DNA of 27,231 nucleotides from a virus. Lineage: Duplodnaviria; Caudoviricetes. Position numbers and translations under genes: made by a program. Each line of letters opens with the position of its first letter. The stretch's first letter is position 1. Positions 23,228 to 27,231 of the stretch are shown here, piece by piece. The stretch covers positions 1-27,231 of the IMG/VR virus record IMGVR_UViG_3300037458_000654. One strand, given 5' to 3'. The notes beneath the pieces were generated by a model. The model saw nothing but the letters and a program-made list of their open reading frames with translations, had not been told where the DNA came from and ran no database searches.

Positions 23228-26200
23228 GCGGCTCTCCCGACGCTGGTGAGCAGATTGGCAAGGGCTACGGCTTGATCGCGAGAACCTGATAACCGAATCG
23301 ACTTCTGTCCTGGAACGTTGATCACGATGGGCGCTCCAGTCACTTCTCCACCACTCGCCATGCGTGGGATAGAAACATTATTGATCAATGGACTTCTAAA
23401 TTTTCCACCGAGTCGATTCATTTGTTCCAACTGTCCTATTCCAATGGAACGTGCTGCTTCCTTGCGTAAGACGAACTCCCCAGGCTCTAACAAATAATGC
23501 AATCGATCACCACCACCATAACCAGGGATAGGCCCGCCTAATCGTTTTGCGTCAACCGATCCACGATTTACAATATCGGCAAATACTTTGATGGTTGCGG
23601 TACGACTATTAAAGTCAGCGATAGCCGCATTAACCGCTTCATAGGCCGGATCAGTATTACCATCAACGAATAAATCCACTGACTGAGTAATATCGTTAAT
23701 TTCTTTTTGTAATTGCGTTAGCGATTCTGGTTCAGCAGTAATTGGCACCTGTCCGACTTGCTGCATTACTTTATTGACTTCGGAAACAAATGCCTGCATC
23801 GAATCTGGAGTAGGTTTACCAAACGGAATAGGAATGCCAGTAGTTAAGGTTTGCTGAATCTGCTCTACACCATTCTTTATTGATTCTGGTGTAAATTCCA
23901 AGCCCGGCTTAACGATAGTCAATCGATTGAGTTGCCTATTCCAACCTTCGGTATCGGTTACATCTACTTTATCTATTTTTATCGTATAACCTTGCGCATT
24001 CAAGGAATTCTGTATCTCTGGAGATAGCGCCGCAACTTGTTCCTTGGTATTATCATTGGAGAAATTGATATAATAATTACCTTTATCAATTCCGGTTTGA
24101 ACTTCGGAGACTAACGCTTGCACGGATTCTTGGGTAGGCTTCCCTAATGGAATAGAAATGCCATCTGGCAGGGCTTCTTGAACCTGTTTTATTCCACTAT
24201 TTAATTGTGATTTTAGGGTATTAGTATTTATTGAAACAGTAATGGTGGGTTTCGGTGTTACCTCATCAAGATTCTTCTGAACCTCATCTACGCTAGCTTT
24301 TGCCTCTTCTTTTGTAGGCGATTTAAGATTAGATTGAATCTCTGCATTTTTTAATACCTTTTGATAGTCTTTAGATAGTTTAGTCTGACTTTCAATTAGC
24401 GCTGTCTGATCTTCATAAATCTTTTTAAGTCTATTTGCATTACCCAATTCCCTGGCTTTCGCTGCGGCATAAGTAAGTTGCTCATTAGCTTGTTCTCTCA
24501 ACGCATCCAAAGTATCCTTACGAGTAGCGGCTTCTTGTTCATTAGCCCCTACTCCTTTCTTTACTTCTTCATTGTATTTACTTACCGCGTCTTGCGATTG
24601 TGTCCATGCGTCATATGCCGCTTTATCCTTGGCGGATTTCTCAAAGAAATCAGCGGCTTCTTGCGTGATCTGACCTTGAGCCGCCCACCGTTTATATTGT
24701 GATACCGAAACCTCAAGTAATGACTCGTTATATGCTTGACTTAGCTTTAGTTTATCTTGTTCTAATTTAGCCTGTTCCTTGGAAATAACCAATAAAGGAT
24801 TCTTGGCTCTAGCTTCTGTTCTTAAATTATCAAGATATTCTTTATGGAATAAAGAGCGTTGTTTTTCTCTATCCGTGGCTTGTGCTAGTAAGATGTTCTG
24901 TTTTTCAAGTTCACGATTAATAGCTAATCTTTCAAAGTTCTTACCAATAACATCGGCAATTCCTTCAAAAGATTCCTTGGTTCTTGCTTTCCAATTAGCC
25001 CCTTCCCGTGTTATCGCGGCAGTCATTTCCTTTAATTTAGCAACTTCTTTATTATAGGAATCATCAACTGTTTTGCTTCTTTCCTTGATCGCATCTGTGG
25101 ATTTCTTATATTCTTTATCTAATTCTCTAATTTTAAATAAAACATCTTTAACTTCTTCATTAGTTCCAAAGATTTCTTTCCAATTTCGTTTAATATCTAA
25201 TATAGCTCTATTAAACTCATGCTTTATATTCTCTATTATTATGGATATATAACTAGAAGCCTCATTAAATGCGGCTTTAAGCCCTTCTACAATAACTTTT
25301 CTAAGTTGTACGGGAACTTGATCGAATAGAGTAATCTGTCTTCCAAGGGTCTCAAATAAGTCCTTGGTTGAAGCAACAAATACTCCGATACCTTGATCTA
25401 TGCCTTGAAGCACGGATACCGCACCAACCACAATCTTTGAGAAATCAATATTTGCAACCGCGTCTTCTATGGGCTGTAATGCAATTCTGGCTTCTCTCGG
25501 AAGAGATTCAAATAGAAATTTAAAATTACGAATCAATCCAGTTGGAGAAAATTCAACGTTACTTAGTGCATTTTTTATATCACCACCTAACGCACCAAGA
25601 TCGTTTTTTACATCACTAGCAAACTGACCAATAGTTCTTGAAAGTGCTGTTATCTCGCCAGCAAATCCTTGTACTCCATTTTTAGCATCAGATAATATAC
25701 CCTCAACATAAAGAATCACATCGCCAAATGCTCTCCATATTCCAGTATCACCAATAGCTTTGAACAACAAAAGCATTTGATTCTGCAATAAAGCTAGCTT
25801 TTGATCAACGGTAAACTTTGATCTTTCGAGAACTTGATAGGTATTTTTCCATTCCTTTGAAACCAATACTATTGTTCTACGCAGATTATCGCCTTTAATG
25901 ACCCCCTGTTCCATGAACTTAAAAAGTTCTGCTGGAGAAATTTTAAGGGCTCGCGCAAAATCTTGAATAGCCGTTGGTAATTGCTCACCTAATTGCTGTC
26001 TGAGTTCTTCGGCAAAGAGTTGATCCTTTGCTAGAATCTGTCCCATGGCGCGGAATCCGCGCTCAAACTGAACCGCATTGGCTCCCGTTGTGCTTAATGC
26101 ATTACCAAGCGCTTCAAAAAGTTCTTGGGTCTTTAATCCTTCAAGCGAGGTATTCTTGGTAGCGGCATTAAGCGCCAAGAAGGATTGTGAAACATAACGT

Positions 26201-27231
26201 ATCGGTAAGCCCAACTTTTCAGCGGAACCTGTCAACCGATCAAAATAAACATCACCTTGTCCGCCAGTAATGGCATTAAGACCACGAAGCAACTTTTCAA
26301 TTTCACGATTGGCTTCCGCAAAAGCAGCAATAATCTGATAAATTACACCGGCTGTTGCAAATCCCGCCATCTGCGGACCAAAGGCAAAACGTAACGCCGC
26401 ACCAAACTCCTGTGCAGCATTCATATTGCCTTTTAATAGTTTGCCGAGCGTGGAAACCTGTTGTCCCTGTCTGCCGAGCGCTAGCGTCCCTTGATTGGTT
26501 GCGCGAATCCTTTGAATCTCGGCGCGTGCTTCTGCTTCTAACTCACGAACACGAGACTGCAACCCCGTTCGAGTACCTCTGGAAGTAGATAACTCACTTT
26601 GCAGTTGCAATCTACGGGCATTGGCTTGCGCATTAGCCAATCCAGTAAGCTGCTTGATTTCTTGGGTAAGCGACTGCTCATAGGCTTTCTGAGCGGCGAT
26701 CTTGGCATTGATCTGCTTGATCTCGTCGCTTCTTAAACTAGAAGTATTTCTTTGAAGTGCAAGTTCCTTATTTTTCTGAGCTATTTTTTTATCAAAAAGA
26801 GTATTTTCTTTAACATATTGTTTTGCGAGTTTAACGTTATCTTCTAATATAGCTCTATTAGCAGCTCTAATTTTATCAGCCTGTTGTTTTAATGTATTAT
26901 CTGATATTCCTGTTTGTTTTTGTGTTCGTTTTGCTTCTTTATATTTATCAACCATTAAAGATAGTTCTGCTCGCGCAAGACGCAAATCTTTACTAAGTTT
27001 ATCAGCACCAAGCGATCTGTATACTCCTTTCTCAGCACGTAAACTACGAATGCTATTTTGTAGTGGGACTATCGCACTATTTGATTTTAGTAATTCATCC
27101 TTAACTTTTGCGAGATCATTTTGAAAGGTCTTGAGCGTACCCGCACTAACCGCCGCATTAAGCGCGGTATATTTAGCACGCAGATCATCTAATGCTTTAG
27201 TGGAAACACCTAAACCCGCAAAAGCGGTTTT
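23224..27231 (-). CDS. Tail tape measure protein (5' partial)
   Basis: Tape-measure domain (AMGQILAKDQLFAEELRQQLGEQLP), long coiled coils, C-terminal GGPIPGYGGGD..LEPGEFVL; frame checked by hand and open to the window end. Confidence 0.92.
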   Translation of the reverse strand, partial: KTAFAGLGVSTKALDDLRAKYTALNAAVSAGTLKTFQNDLAKVKDELLKSNSAIVPLQNSIRSLRAEKGVYRSLGADKLSKDLRLARAELSLMVDKYKEAKRTQKQTGISDNTLKQQADKIRAANRAILEDNVKLAKQYVKENTLFDKKIAQKNKELALQRNTSSLRSDEIKQINAKIAAQKAYEQSLTQEIKQLTGLANAQANARRLQLQSELSTSRGTRTGLQSRVRELEAEARAEIQRIRATNQGTLALGRQGQQVSTLGKLLKGNMNAAQEFGAALRFAFGPQMAGFATAGVIYQIIAAFAEANREIEKLLRGLNAITGGQGDVYFDRLTGSAEKLGLPIRYVSQSFLALNAATKNTSLEGLKTQELFEALGNALSTTGANAVQFERGFRAMGQILAKDQLFAEELRQQLGEQLPTAIQDFARALKISPAELFKFMEQGVIKGDNLRRTIVLVSKEWKNTYQVLERSKFTVDQKLALLQNQMLLLFKAIGDTGIWRAFGDVILYVEGILSDAKNGVQGFAGEITALSRTIGQFASDVKNDLGALGGDIKNALSNVEFSPTGLIRNFKFLFESLPREARIALQPIEDAVANIDFSKIVVGAVSVLQGIDQGIGVFVASTKDLFETLGRQITLFDQVPVQLRKVIVEGLKAAFNEASSYISIIIENIKHEFNRAILDIKRNWKEIFGTNEEVKDVLFKIRELDKEYKKSTDAIKERSKTVDDSYNKEVAKLKEMTAAITREGANWKARTKESFEGIADVIGKNFERLAINRELEKQNILLAQATDREKQRSLFHKEYLDNLRTEARAKNPLLVISKEQAKLEQDKLKLSQAYNESLLEVSVSQYKRWAAQGQITQEAADFFEKSAKDKAAYDAWTQSQDAVSKYNEEVKKGVGANEQEAATRKDTLDALREQANEQLTYAAAKARELGNANRLKKIYEDQTALIESQTKLSKDYQKVLKNAEIQSNLKSPTKEEAKASVDEVQKNLDEVTPKPTITVSINTNTLKSQLNSGIKQVQEALPDGISIPLGKPTQESVQALVSEVQTGIDKGNYYINFSNDNTKEQVAALSPEIQNSLNAQGYTIKIDKVDVTDTEGWNRQLNRLTIVKPGLEFTPESIKNGVEQIQQTLTTGIPIPFGKPTPDSMQAFVSEVNKVMQQVGQVPITAEPESLTQLQKEINDITQSVDLFVDGNTDPAYEAVNAAIADFNSRTATIKVFADIVNRGSVDAKRLGGPIPGYGGGDRLHYLLEPGEFVLRKEAARSIGIGQLEQMNRLGGKFRSPLINNVSIPRMASGGEVTGAPIVINVPGQKSIRLSGSRDQAVALANLLTSVGRAA

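Noticed and set aside
23770-24170. Internal duplication in the tape measure protein (GISIPLGKPTQESVQALVSEV / GIPIPFGKPTPDSMQAFVSEV)
   Set aside because: Real, but ordinary for tape measure proteins
1-27231. Integron integrase or other tyrosine recombinase
   Set aside because: No ORF of suitable size with the R...HxxR...Y pattern; a complete integron cannot be called from this window

Overview
This is a 27 kb piece of a tailed dsDNA phage or prophage, probably with a proteobacterial host, and it has two converging arms. The + strand (1-11960) is an early/accessory region. It carries a partial ArdC-like antirestriction protein, a Sak/DUF1071 annealase, a UvrD-like helicase, SSB, a RecE/DUF3799-like exonuclease, an H-NS-like protein and many small hypothetical genes. 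The - strand (11963-27231) is a tail module with a partial tape measure gene, putative tail-tip/structural genes, a CAP-domain protein and a GT2 glycosyltransferase. The most striking signal is a set of integron attC-like recombination sites in the early region: a three-site array at 10786-11444 and solitary cassettes at about 3326-3651 and 6082-6417. The sites point backwards relative to the genes and are themselves protein-coding, with start codons, an RBS and coupled stop/start pairs inside the attC hairpin loops. No integrase gene is present in the window. A repeated switch-like RNA element, CsrA-type hairpins and several palindromes are also present. All calls come from reading the sequence by eye; no database searches were run.
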